Assembly (NCBI RefSeq): GCF_006345805.1
Contig: NC_043024.1
Span: 8,618,001 to 8,682,000, forward strand
Direction of reading: 5' to 3'
Length of the DNA: 64,000 nucleotides
From: Octopus sinensis
Taxonomy: Eukaryota
A program made the position numbers and the translations under genes. Below are positions 39,251-51,290 of this stretch, piece by piece. Each line of letters begins with the position of its first letter. Position 1 is the first letter of the stretch. Below the pieces are notes generated by a model. That model saw nothing but the letters and a program-made list of their open reading frames with translations, had not been told where the DNA came from and searched no databases.

Positions 39251-41759
39251 CAATCTCAGTGGAATTTGAACTCAAAACAAAGAGACAGATGGAATACTGA
39301 TAAGAATTTCATCCAGTGTGCTAATGATTCTGCCAGCTCACTACCTTTAATAATAGTAATAGTAATAATAGGAGGCGCAATGGCCCAGTGGTTAGGGCAG
39401 CAGACTCGCGGTCAGAGGATCACGGTTTCGATTCCCAGACTGGGCGTTGTGTGTGTTTATTGAGCGAAAACACCTAAAGCTCCATGAGGCTCCGGCAGGG
39501 GGTGGTGGCAACCCCTGTTGTACCCTTTCGCTCCAACTTTCTCTCACTCTTTCTTCCTGTTTCTTGAGTAACGCTGCGATGGACTGGCATTCCATGCAGC
39601 TGGGGGGAACACATACGCCACAGAAACTGGGAAACCGGGCCCATGAGCCTGGTTAAGCTTGAAAAGGGTGCATAAATAAAAATAAATAAAATAATAATAA
39701 TAATAATAATCTGTTCTACTCTAGGCACAAGGCCCAAAATTTTGGGAGAGAGGGCCAGTCGATTAGATCGACCCCAGTACGCAACTGGTTCTTAATTTAT
39801 CGACCCCGAAAGGATGAAAGGTAAAGTTGACCTCGGTGGAATTTGAACTCAGAACGTAACGACAGACGAAATACCTATTTCTTTACTACCCACAAGGGGC
39901 TAAAAATAGAGAGGACAAACAAGGACAGACAAAGGTATTAAGTCGATTATATCGACCCCAGTTCGTAACTGGTACTTAATTTATCGACCCTGAAAGGATG
40001 AAAAGCAAAGTCGACCTCAGCGGAATTTGAACTCAGAACGTAACGGCAGACGAAATACGGCTACACATTTTGCCCGGCGTGCTAACGTTTCTGCCAGCTC
40101 ACCAAATAATAATAATAGTACCAGTTCATAGTGAGAGCTACTCAACAGAGCATAACGCTTGTACTAAAATGAGGTATAAAGCTACACCTTTTGACAGGGA
40201 AGGGTGTAATTGCTTTAAGATCAAACTCCAGTAATTGAATGCCTGTGTGGGTTAGATAAAAATAAAAGACAACCAAATTTTTTATATATGCTAAGGAAAG
40301 ATACAGAGAAGAGTAAGTGAATGACAATAAGGAATTAAAGGGAAGAATATGAGAAAAAATCATTTTTATAAATGGTAAGGAAAGATATGGAGAGAAGTAT
40401 GTAAATGACAAAAGGGATTTAAAGGGAAGATATATCATTGGTTTAATATATATATCTGTGTGTCTGTGTATATATATTATGCATTTATATGTATACATAT
40501 ATGTATGTCTATATATACATATGTATAAATATATATATGTATGTATGCCTATATATATATGTGTGCATATGTGTATGTATATATGTGTGTATATATATAT
40601 ATATATGTATGTATGTATGTATATCTATGTATGTGTGTACATATATCTATGTATGTGTGTACATATATATATCACCGTGACAGACCAGGCTATCAGATGC
40701 TGTTACACATCGCTGGTCACAATGCCCTTCGCACTGTTTTAGCTTTCAAATGATGCCACCCCGCTGGCTAAGCAAGCAGGCCATATATATATATATATAC
40801 ACACATGTGTATGTGTGTGTGTGTATATACATACATATATATATATATGTATGTATGTATGTACATACAGATATATATATATATATGTGTGTGTGTGTGT
40901 ATATGTATACTCTAGTTTTAATTACTCATCATTCATTCCTCTAACTTGTAATACTAATATGCTGTAATCTGATTTAAAATAACTTTCAAAATTTCTATTT
41001 CTTTAATTCTTTCCAACATTCTCTCCCTGTTTCATAACCCATCTTTCCATACTTTGCCATGATCTTCCCATTGATCAACAACTTTCCCTCTGTCTCTAAA
41101 ATTTGCAAAACCCATCATTTGCCCACTGTAGTCTGTACAACATTCTCTCCTTGTTTCATAACTCATGTCTTCTCATACTTGCCATAATTTCCTCCAGTGA
41201 CAAAATCTCTCAAGTTTCTCTTCCTTCCTCTCTCCCTCTCTGCCCCACTAGTGTCTTTCTATCTTGGCTGCTATTTCCTAAATCGAAGCTGGTCTTTTTA
41301 CTTATCTCTGACGTGCCCGCCCATTCCCATCCCCACCACATATACTGGAAATATCTTCCCTTATACCAGAAACCCCTACAAGGCTCTGCCTTACATCTGC
41401 ACCAAACAACTCACATAGCTCCCTCTTCTGCCATCACCAGCAATCATCCACACCACTGCATGTTCCAAAACGAATGCATTACTTAGTAAATTAACAAACC
41501 ACCTCCTCCTTTCTCTCTATATATTTAACGAACTAACCAATAGCAGCTCATTTACTTAATTAACACATTGAACCATTTATGTTTACAGCAACAGCACTTA
41601 TATTTACAATGCTTATATTACACTCACTCCCCAATAGGGGCTACAAATTTAACATGATTGAATGATGGCAGGTTAAAGCGGAAAATGATGTGACATGTCT
41701 GTTATCAAATGTTCATTGAAATCTTCTTTTCAGGTGTAGATTACCATCCCTCATTCCCA

Positions 41760-44120
41760 TGTTCTCTCCCACATCCCTTTCCCAGTTCTCAGAGTTGGCA
41801 CTGTCAATGTAGGCACATTGAAAGGTAGGTCTAGTGAGATTGCAGAGATGCTTGACAAGAGGTGCGTTGATGTATGTTGCATTCAAGAGGTAAGGTGGAG
41901 AGGAGCTTCAGCCGTGTTCCTCATATACAAGACACACAGGTATAAAATCTGGGAAGGCAACATCGATGGGGTAGGTGGTGTGGGCGTACTTCTTGCAGAG
42001 AAATGGGTGGATAAGGTCGTAGAGGTAGTCAGAGTGTGCAAAAGAGTACTTAAGCTTAGGCTAGTTTTGCAGAATAGTATAGCAACAATTATCTCTGCCT
42101 ACAGTCCACAAGCGGGTTTACTAAATGAAAAGGACTGCTTTTATGATATTCTTCTGCAGGCTTCCTCAAAGATGAGTGACAATGATCTCATCTCCATGGC
42201 TGGGGATTTCAATGGGTATGTCAGGTAGCAGCCCGATATCTTCCATGGTGATATCTTCCAATTCTATGGAATTGGTTCTTGAAATAAAGAGGGGACAAAG
42301 CTACTGGAGTTCTGTGGTGCAAATAACCTATTAATCTGCAACACCAACCTCAGGGAGCCAGCCAACCACCTGATAACCTACCAACCAGGTGACTACGCTA
42401 GCCAGATTGATTGCATGGTTGCTCCTAAATACAAGACCTTCACTGGTGAAGAATGAAGCCTCCAGAGCATAGACTAGTCACTAGTAACTTTAGTCTTCAG
42501 ACCAGAAGGAGGCCAAGAAGAAGACCAATCTGGAATGAAGGATTTCGAGGCTTAAGGACCCTTTATATGGTCAGAGATTTAGGGACATCCTAATTGAGAA
42601 ATTTGATGAGAGGGACTTGTAACATAGAGGGCAACTTGGAATTCCTGTGGGACAGGTTGCTGAGTGCCACAGACCAAATCTGCTGCTGGTGCAAAGTACC
42701 ATCCAGACCTAGGATGATGTGGTGGTGGAACAACACTGTAGACAAGGCCATTGGAGCAAAGAAACAGGCCTGGAAGGACTGGAAGTAGCAGGGAACTGTA
42801 TCAGATAGCCAGAAGGGAAGCTAGGAGACAGATATATCTAGCCAGGGGAGAAGCAGAAAAGAAGTTTACCTATGTTCAGCAACATGAGGACCAAAGACTT
42901 GAAGTGTTTCGGATTGCAAGACTGAGTGAGCGAAAATCGTAATGTCATAAGAGAGAAATGTATCAGTATGGATGATGTTGCACTTGCATTTAATCATCCT
43001 GCAGAGGAAGAGGCTTGGAAATGCCATCATGAAAGATTGCTGAACGTGGAGAATGAATGAGAGGCGGAGAGTCTGCCAAATGTTGACCCAACTGAGGGAT
43101 CAGCAATCCAAATCAACAGTAGCTTAGTAGATAAATTAAGGAGATGAAGACAGGGAAGGTCCCCAGCCCATCAGGTATTTCTGCTTAAATGCTTAAAATA
43201 TCTGGTAGAGTAGGATATATATTTCTTTATTACCCACAAGGGGCTAAACATAGAGGGGACAAACGGATTAAGTCGATTATATCGACCCCAGTACGTAACT
43301 GGTACTTAATTTATCGACCCCGAAAGGATGAAAGGTAAAGACGACCTCGGCAGAATTTGAACTCAGAACGTAACGACAGATGAAATATCACTAAGCATTT
43401 CACCTGGCGTGCTAACGACTCTGCCAGCTCACTGCCCTGGTAGAGTAGGATATAGCCTAGTCACCCATATAGTTAATCAGGTTGTCCACGAGGGAGTCAT
43501 ACCCAATGATTGGTGTAGCAGCATCATAGTCAACTGCTACAAAGGCAAAGGTGGTGCCTTCGGCAGGAGTAATTTGAGGCTTCAAACTGCTGGACCAGAT
43601 GATGAAAGTCACAGAAAGGGTCGTAGCTCAATTAATTAGAGAGAAAACTAGTGAAGATGAGATGCAGTTCGGATTTGTGCCAGGCAGAGTTTAAGCATCT
43701 TGAGAGAAAAGTTGGGCATAAGAGGCATCAGATGTGGTGAGCAAGAGAGATGACTGTGCTGGTATGGTCATGTGATGTGTATAGATGAGGGTAGCTGTAT
43801 GAAGAAGTGCCAATCTCTTAACTGTGGAAGGATCCTGTGGTAGATGTAGACCCTGGAGGACATGGGATGAGGTGATGAAATATGATCTTCGAACTTTGGG
43901 CGTCACAGAGGCAATGACTAATGACCAAATCCTTTGGCGATATGCTGTGCTTGAGAAGAAACATCAAGCCATGTAGTCATGGCTGATGCAGGTGTCACAT
44001 AAAAGCACCCATTACACTCTCAGTGTGGTTGGCATTAGGAAGGACATCCAACTGTGGGAAACTATGTCAAATCAAACTGGAGTTTGGTACAGACTTCCTT
44101 GACGTTAAATGTTGATGATG
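41760..44120 (+). mobile_element. Decayed, internally deleted RTE-type LINE (APE endonuclease plus N-terminal RT)
   Basis: LRVGTVNVGTL...CIQEVRWRG...SAYSPQ...AGDFNGYV (APE), then IPNDWCSSIIVNCYKGKG and QFGFVPGR (RT). Many stops and frameshifts. 3' end matches family D. Confidence 0.88.
43220..43436 (-). mobile_element. Family C SINE inserted into the RTE LINE
   Basis: Perfect 18-bp TSD CTGGTAGAGTAGGATATA at 43202-43219 and 43437-43454. Confidence 0.9.
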
Positions 44121-44149
44121 GGTAATACATACACACACATATTAGTAAA

Positions 44150-44151
44150 TA

Positions 44152-44209
<58 letters not shown>

Positions 44210-44343
44210 ACATATGTATATATATATTATATATACATATGTATATATACATATGTTATATATATATATATATACATATGTATATATACATATGTATATA
44301 TATATATATATACATATGTATATATATAATATATATACATATG

Positions 44344-44377
<34 letters not shown>

Positions 44378-44709
44378 CATATGTATATATACATATGTAT
44401 ATATATATATATTATACATATGTATATTATATATATATATATATATATATTACATATGTATATATACATATGTATATATACATATGATATATACATATGT
44501 ATATATATATATATATATACATATATACATATGTAATATATATATATTACATATGTATATATATATATATATATACACATATATACATATGTATATATAT
44601 ACATATATACATAGGTATATATATATATATAATATACATATGTATACATATATATATATATAGTATATATATATATACATATATACATATGTAGATATAT
44701 ATATATATC

Positions 44710-44742
<33 letters not shown>

Positions 44743-44775
44743 TACATAGTATATATATATATACATATATACATA

Positions 44776-44812
<37 letters not shown>

Positions 44813-44898
44813 TATATATATATATATACATGTATATATATATAGATATATATATATATATATTATATACATATGTATATATATATATATATATACAT

Positions 44899-44936
<38 letters not shown>

Positions 44937-45197
44937 GTATATAATATATATATATAATACATATGTATATAATATATATATATATAGTATATATATATAT
45001 ATGTATATATATATTATATAATATATATACATATGTATATATATATAGATATATATATACATATTATATATATATATAATATATACATATGTATATATAT
45101 CTATATATATATACATATGTATATATATATATATCTATATACATATGTATATTATATATATATATATATATACATATGTATATATAATATATATATA

Positions 45198-45241
<44 letters not shown>

Positions 45242-45258
45242 GTATATATATATATATC

Positions 45259-45294
<36 letters not shown>

Positions 45295-45380
45295 CATATG
45301 TATATATATATATATATATATATACATATGTATTATATATATATATATAATATATATATACATATATATATATATATACA

Positions 45381-45411
<31 letters not shown>

Positions 45412-45429
45412 CTATGTATATATATTATA

Positions 45430-45490
<61 letters not shown>

Positions 45491-45570
45491 GTATATATAT
45501 ATATATACACATATGTATATATATATATATACACATATGTATATATGTGCATATATATATATATAATACT
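44150..45570. repeat. About 1.4-kb (TA)n/(TACATATG) microsatellite array
   Basis: Directly visible. Confidence 0.97.
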
Positions 45571-45980
45571 TTAAAAAGGAACTTCAGTCTTGCTTGTTTG
45601 CTTGCAATGTTACACAGCCAAACTGGTGCATAATGGGAAAATACTTTGAAAGTGAAGTACCCCTGAACTGTGAATACAAATGGAATAAAACAAGTTTCAA
45701 ATAAATCAGACCAGTGTTTATTGAGGTATTCGGTGTTTTGGGGGTATAAATACCCAAAGCAGTGCATAATGGTAAAATACTCTGAAAAAACTTAACTCTG
45801 AAAGGGAAGAAACTCTAACCTTTCCATTAGACACATTATGATGGGCAAAATACTTTTTAAGTGAAAATGACTTTAAAAATATGGTAAATATTTCGTAAAA
45901 GACCTGTTCGTAACTACGATGTGAAGAGTTTTTTCCATAGGCTTCTTTCGAATGCATTCAACATACCTCACCTCCAAAAA

Positions 45981-46083
45981 TTTGGCTGTTATTTCTAGCA
46001 TGCCCTGCTACCACATAACTATTTGCGATAAAGGACCTGAAATACTTATGTGGTAGTAGGGCATGCAAGAAATAACAGCTAAA
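45981..46083 (+). other. 44-bp imperfect hairpin with a 15-nt loop
   Basis: 45981-46024 pairs with 46040-46083, with two G-U wobbles on the + strand and two mismatches. Confidence 0.8.
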
Positions 46084-46258
46084 TCTTTCCTTTTGGAGCG
46101 GAAGGAGCCGTTTACATGTGATTTTGATATCACATTCGTTGAAAGCATGTGAAATAACCTGGAAACAAAACTCCATTGCTAGGACACACAGACTTCCGTG
46201 GTGACCCAATGTGTCCCAGGTAGTCTAGTCTAGTGTATATATATGTGTGTGTGTGGGT

Positions 46259-46338
46259 GTCAGGATGGCCGAGCAGGCTAAGGCGCCAGACTCAAGTTCT
46301 GGTCCACTAATGTGGGTGTGGGTTCGGATCCCACTTCT
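46259..46338 (+). pseudogene. tRNA-Leu(CAA) pseudogene lacking the acceptor 3' end
   Basis: GTCAGGATGGCCGAG...CCAGA CTCAAGT TCTGG anticodon arm, long variable arm and GTGGG TTCGGAT CCCAC T arm. The expected GACA end is replaced by TTTTT. Confidence 0.85.
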
Positions 46339-47045
46339 TTTTAAAGGTGGTGCTCCAGCATGGCCACAGTCAAATGACTGAAACAAGTAAAAGAGATATT
46401 ATCATCATCATTTAACATCCGTTGTCCATGCTGGCATGGGTTGGACAGTTTGACCAGGGCTGGCAAGTTGAGGGGCTGCACCAGACCCCAGTCAGATTTG
46501 ACATAGTTTCTACAACTGGATACCTCTCCTAACGCCAACCACTTTTACATGCCACTGGCACAGGTGCCATTTACAGGACACTGGCATCCGCCACATTGCC
46601 TCCATGGGGCCCAACGCTTGAATGGTGCTTTTTACAAGCCACCAGCACAGATTCTAGTAACATGTATATATGCTTTTACATGTAATGTGTGTGTATATTT
46701 TTTGTATTATATGTGTTGTACGTGTGCACATATTTTTGTTTTATATATGATGCATATATATATATACTTTTGGTTTAAAGGTGTAGTTTGTGTATGTTTT
46801 ACTTTTGAATGTGAGATGTTTTTGCAAGCATTTATATATATATATATTTGCTTTTTATATGATTGTGTGTATGTGTATTTTTATTTCATTTATGGTGTGT
46901 GTACATGTTTTGTTTTATACATGTGGTTGTATGTTTTTGTAAGTTTTGTACATGCGTTTGTTTTATACGTTGTATGTTTTTTTTCTGTATAAAGGATATA
47001 TGTGTGTGTATATATATATATACATATATTTACAAATATATACAC

Positions 47046-47078
<33 letters not shown>

Positions 47079-47451
47079 GTGTTTTTGTCTTGCATATTAT
47101 GTTTGTTTGTGTGTGTATAATTATAAATGAAAAAAATAATTCTAAACAAAAAAAAATATGCTCAATACATGTAGAGTTTACTCCTTTATTTAAATTTCAG
47201 TGTCTGTGAAGAACGGAGACAGGAAAACTCAGAGCAGTGGCAGCAGGAAACCTCAGCTTCAAATAACAGATTATATCAACAAACATACTCACTCACGAAC
47301 ACATCTATTTACATGTATATATATATACATATATACAATAACAAATGGTATAGGGTGAATGTATATATTATATGTAAAGAATATGGTACAACAATGCACT
47401 ATAATACAGACAATGGGCTATATACCTGTTGTAATTTAGTCATCTATAGTC

Positions 47452-47490
47452 TTTTGATATTTCGGACAAATATTCCTTCTTCAGATATTC
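47452..47490 (-). ncRNA. Minimal hammerhead motif with intact core and damaged stem I
   Basis: GAAUAU CUGAAGA A GGA AUAUUUG UCC GAAA U AUC AAAAG. Confidence 0.5.
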
Positions 47491-47988
47491 TTAGATGGAA
47501 TCGCTGATATAATTGGTTTTACCAACGGCGTTTCTTTTTTATTTATCACCTGAAGAGACACATCTGCACCATCAGATGCTCCTGAACCAGTTGTTAAGCA
47601 TCCTACCTGTGAGGGATCGATGCTAAATATGTATTTCTTTACTACCCACAAGGGGCTAAACACAGAGAGGACAAACAAGGACAGACAAATGGATTAAGTC
47701 GATTACATCGACTCCAGTGCATAACTGGTACTTAATTTATCGACCCCGAAAGGATGAAAGGCAAAGTCAACCTCGGCGGAATTTGAACTCATAACGTAGC
47801 GGCAGACGAAGTACGGCTATGCATTTCGCCAGGCGTGCTAACGTTTCTGCTATATGTTGAAACAATTGTAATGATTGATAAAAACTTTTGTATCTTCCAT
47901 CTCTCATTAACTAAATACATAACGAACACTGTGAAAGTGACTGTGAAAAAGCCGTTGGAAAACCGATTATAGCAGCGATTCCTTCTAA

Positions 47989-48028
47989 GAATATCCGAAG
48001 AAGGAATGTTATTCCGAAATATCATATC
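47989..48028 (+). ncRNA. Minimal hammerhead motif with U4C
   Basis: AUAU CCGAAGA A GGAAU GUU AUUCC GAAA U AUC AUAU. 5-bp stem II, 4-bp stem I and palindromic AUAU at stem III. Confidence 0.58.
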
Positions 48029-48069
48029 AGACTATGGAGGACTAAATTACAACAGGTATATAACCCATT

Positions 48070-48851
48070 AGGCGGCGAGCTGGCAGAAACGTTAGCACGC
48101 CAGGTGAAATGCTTAGCGGTATTTCGTCTGCGTTACGTTGTGAGTTCAAATTCCGCCGAGGTCGACTTTGCCTTTCATCCTTTCGGGGTCGATAAATTAA
48201 GTACCAGTTACGAACTGGGGTCGATGTAATCGACTTAATACCTATGTCTGTCCTTGTTTGTTCCCTCTGTGTTTAGCCCCTTGTGGGTAATAAAGAAATA
48301 GGTATTTCGTCTGTCGTTACGTTCTGAGTTCAAATTCCGCCGAGGTCGACTTTGCCTTTCATCCTTTCGGGGTCGATAAATTAAGTACCAGTTACGAACT
48401 GGGGTCGATGTAATCGACTTAATACCTATGTCTGTCCTTGTTTGTTCCCTCTGTGTTTAGCCCCTTGTGGGTAATAAAGAAATAGGTATTTCGTCTGCTG
48501 CTACGTTCTGAGTTCAAATTCCGCCGAGGTCGACTTTGCCTTTCATCCTTTCGGGGTTGATAAATTAAGTACCAGTTTCGCACTGGGGTCGATCTAATCG
48601 ACTTAATACCTATGTCTGTCCTTGTTTGTCCCCTCTATGTTTAGCCCCTTGTGGGTAATAAAGAAATAGGTATTTCGTCTGCCGCTACGTTCTGAGTTCA
48701 AATTCTGCCGAGGTCGACTTTGCCTTTCATCCTTTCGGGGTTGATAAATTAAGTACCAGTTTCGCACTGGGGTCGATCTAATCGACTTAATACCTATGTC
48801 TGTCCTTGTTTGTTCCCTCTGTGTTTAGCCCCTTGTGGGTAATAAAGAAAT
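48070..48851 (+). repeat. Head-to-tail tetramer of SINE family C (48-bp head plus four units of 183-184 bp)
   Basis: Unit starts GGTATTTCG at 48118, 48301, 48485 and 48669. Flanked by AGGTATATA(A/G)CCCATT duplication at 48054-48069 and 48852-48867. Confidence 0.92.
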
Positions 48852-48957
48852 AGGTATATAGCCCATTGTCTGTATTATAGTGCAATGCTGTACCATTCAA
48901 AACTATTTATTCTTTACAAACAATACACAATGCTTGAAGCAAACTACAATACTCTCC

Positions 48958-48989
<32 letters not shown>

Positions 48990-49517
48990 TGACAAACCAC
49001 ATGTGATGACAAAAGATGTAGATCTCACTATCATTGAAAATAGAAGACTATATTTATTAAATGATACTCATATGGAGACTCACATACAAAACTTTAAGTT
49101 TCTGTGTCAATGGCATAATGACTGCTACACTTCTTCAGCTGTTGTAAGCCTGGTGCCTGCTTGCCAGCTAAGGTGATACACTGATCATCATACTGTTGGC
49201 AGAAACCTGAAGTCTTGTATGTGAATCTTAATGCATGTATGTACGTACGTATGTGTGTTAAAAGGTTATTGTTTTAAAATGTTAAAGCAAGGTTAAGAAT
49301 AACCACGGGCCATTTATGACTTTTCAGATAGTTCGTAAGTGGCAAGTAGAGTCAGATTTATTGTGAAGATTAAGGTGAATGAGACTGCACAATACATGCA
49401 TGTATGAAACTGGTTATTCACCTTGTTACAGTTTCTCACTCATAATTTTCTCAGTGAAAACAAAACTTTGTGTTGACACAGGAAATATAACATGGAACTG
49501 AGTAGCCAGCTTCGGAC

Positions 49518-49549
<32 letters not shown>

Positions 49550-49550
49550 A

Positions 49551-49875
49551 CTAGCAGTATTGCCCGGCTTTTTATTTTTATTTTTCATGCAATTTACGCA
49601 TGCTTGCACGCGTGGTGAACACAGTTCACGCCAAACAGCCGACTGAGTAAAGTTCACTATTCAATGCATGGGATAAGGCCTAAACAAACACATTATCGAT
49701 TTTTGCACTTGTGAGATGAATTTCAGAACAGAAATAGCGCAGTTCAATTTTCATTCGCCTAAACTTTAAGTGACCCATTTTTGGTGTGTCTACGATTTGT
49801 TGGCTAGGAGGAGATGTGCCGGGAAGTTAGACACACAGACAGACAGACACACGAGTTTTATATATATATATATAT
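49551..49875 (-). mobile_element. Non-autonomous Helitron/HINE-like element
   Basis: On the - strand: 5' (AT)n AAAACTCGTG followed by a (TCTG)n tract, and 3' GCCGGGCAATACTG-CTAG next to a T. Confidence 0.65.
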
Positions 49876-50639
49876 GCACAGGTACACACATACATTTATA
49901 TGTATGTATGTACATAAATATAACAGCACTTTCTGACATTCCTTATTCAAGATACAATAGCAGTCGCTATGACATATCTTATAACTGATAGTCACATCAT
50001 GAAATAATAGTACATTAGCAATGATTGACATTCCTGTTATGACATAACTACACTAGTTCTGACATTACTGTACAGTGCCTATGACTGATTTTCTAGATAT
50101 GACAATATTATGCAATGTCTATGATCTTGCTATATCGCTAAATTATGATGTCTTATGACTGATCCAGTTATGACACTAGATCAGTCATAGATCTAGTTAT
50201 GATACTACCATACAATGGCTATGACTAACATTCAAACCAATGATAAAGCATTCCAGTGGCTATGACTCAGCATCCACTTAACCTACACATCATGGTCAAC
50301 CGTTCAATGTAAGACCTGATGTAGCTGGTTCTAATCACAGTATCAGAACTGACACGCTAAAAGTTCTGGTATTATCCAAAATAGTTGGTGCTGCCTAAGA
50401 AGAAGAAAAAAAAAAGCACTTTGGCTACGGTTGAGATGTTCTTCTCAACTAAGGCCACATAAAGTTTTTTTGGAGTGGGGATTAAGGGGGGAGCTGTTCG
50501 TTCACTGCAAGTATTGTTGTTGTTGATGTTGGTGATGGCTATGATGTTAATAATCTGATACAGAAACGGATACTTTTGAAGATTTTGTTTCTCACCAAAG
50601 CTTAGTAAAAATCAGTCCTTTTCGTTAGCACTTCTTATT

Positions 50640-51290
50640 TTAATTATTTTAATGATTCAGTCTGGAGGAAAAGAAAGGAGGTTCTGTTCTGCCTGTGGTT
50701 TCTAAAAGTCCTCCAGCAAAAACAGTGACATTGGCATGGCACAGTCAATGTTCTGTAGGGAAGAACTTGAGATTGAATTTTAGATATTTTAATGATTCAG
50801 TTGGGAGGAAAGGCAGTTCTGATTTCGATTTTTAAGGGCCCCTTCTCCCAGCAAGAACAGTAACACTGACATGGTGCAGTTGAAGTTCTGTAGTGAAGAG
50901 CATGCAATTGAATTTTAATTATGTTAAGGGAAGGAAATGAGATTGTGATTTTTAAGAGGCCCGATGAGAATGGTAACATTGACACAGCACAGCCAATGTT
51001 CTGGAGCAAAATGCATGCGAATTAGAATTATGTTAAGGGTTTGGTGTGAAGGAAAGGAAAAGAAACAAGATTGTAATTTTTATGAGATCTGATGAGAACA
51101 GTAACGTCAAAACGGCACAGTCAATGTTTGGTAGTAAAGACTTTAGGGTTGAATTTTAAATATTTTAATGATTCGATTGAGAGGGAAGGAGGTTGTGATT
51201 AGGAATTTTGAGAGTCCCCCAGAAAGAGCAGTAATATCAACATGGCCGAGTCAAATCTTCCCTAGTGAAGAATATGAGATCAAATTCTAA
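50640..51290. repeat. Old degenerate tandem repeat, about five units of 110-140 bp
   Basis: Recurring AAGAACAGTAACA..GACA.GGCACAGTCAATGTTCTG..GTGAAGA..TTGAATTTTA blocks. Confidence 0.7.

Larger units (their letters stand above)
47378..48898. mobile_element. Second foldback element with outward hammerhead motifs, interrupted by SINEs
   Basis: Left arm about 47378-47530 is the reverse complement of 47945-48069 plus 48852-48898. SINE C copies sit in the spacer and in the right arm. Confidence 0.72.

Noticed and set aside
46160-46235. Helitron 3' end (GGACACA...TGTGTCC hairpin followed by CTAGT)
   Set aside because: The loop is unusually long and no matching 5' end or second copy is present in the window.
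47201-47330. + strand exon VCEERRQENSEQWQQETSASNNRLYQQT after tttcAG
   Set aside because: No donor, no recognisable homology and no upstream partner exon.
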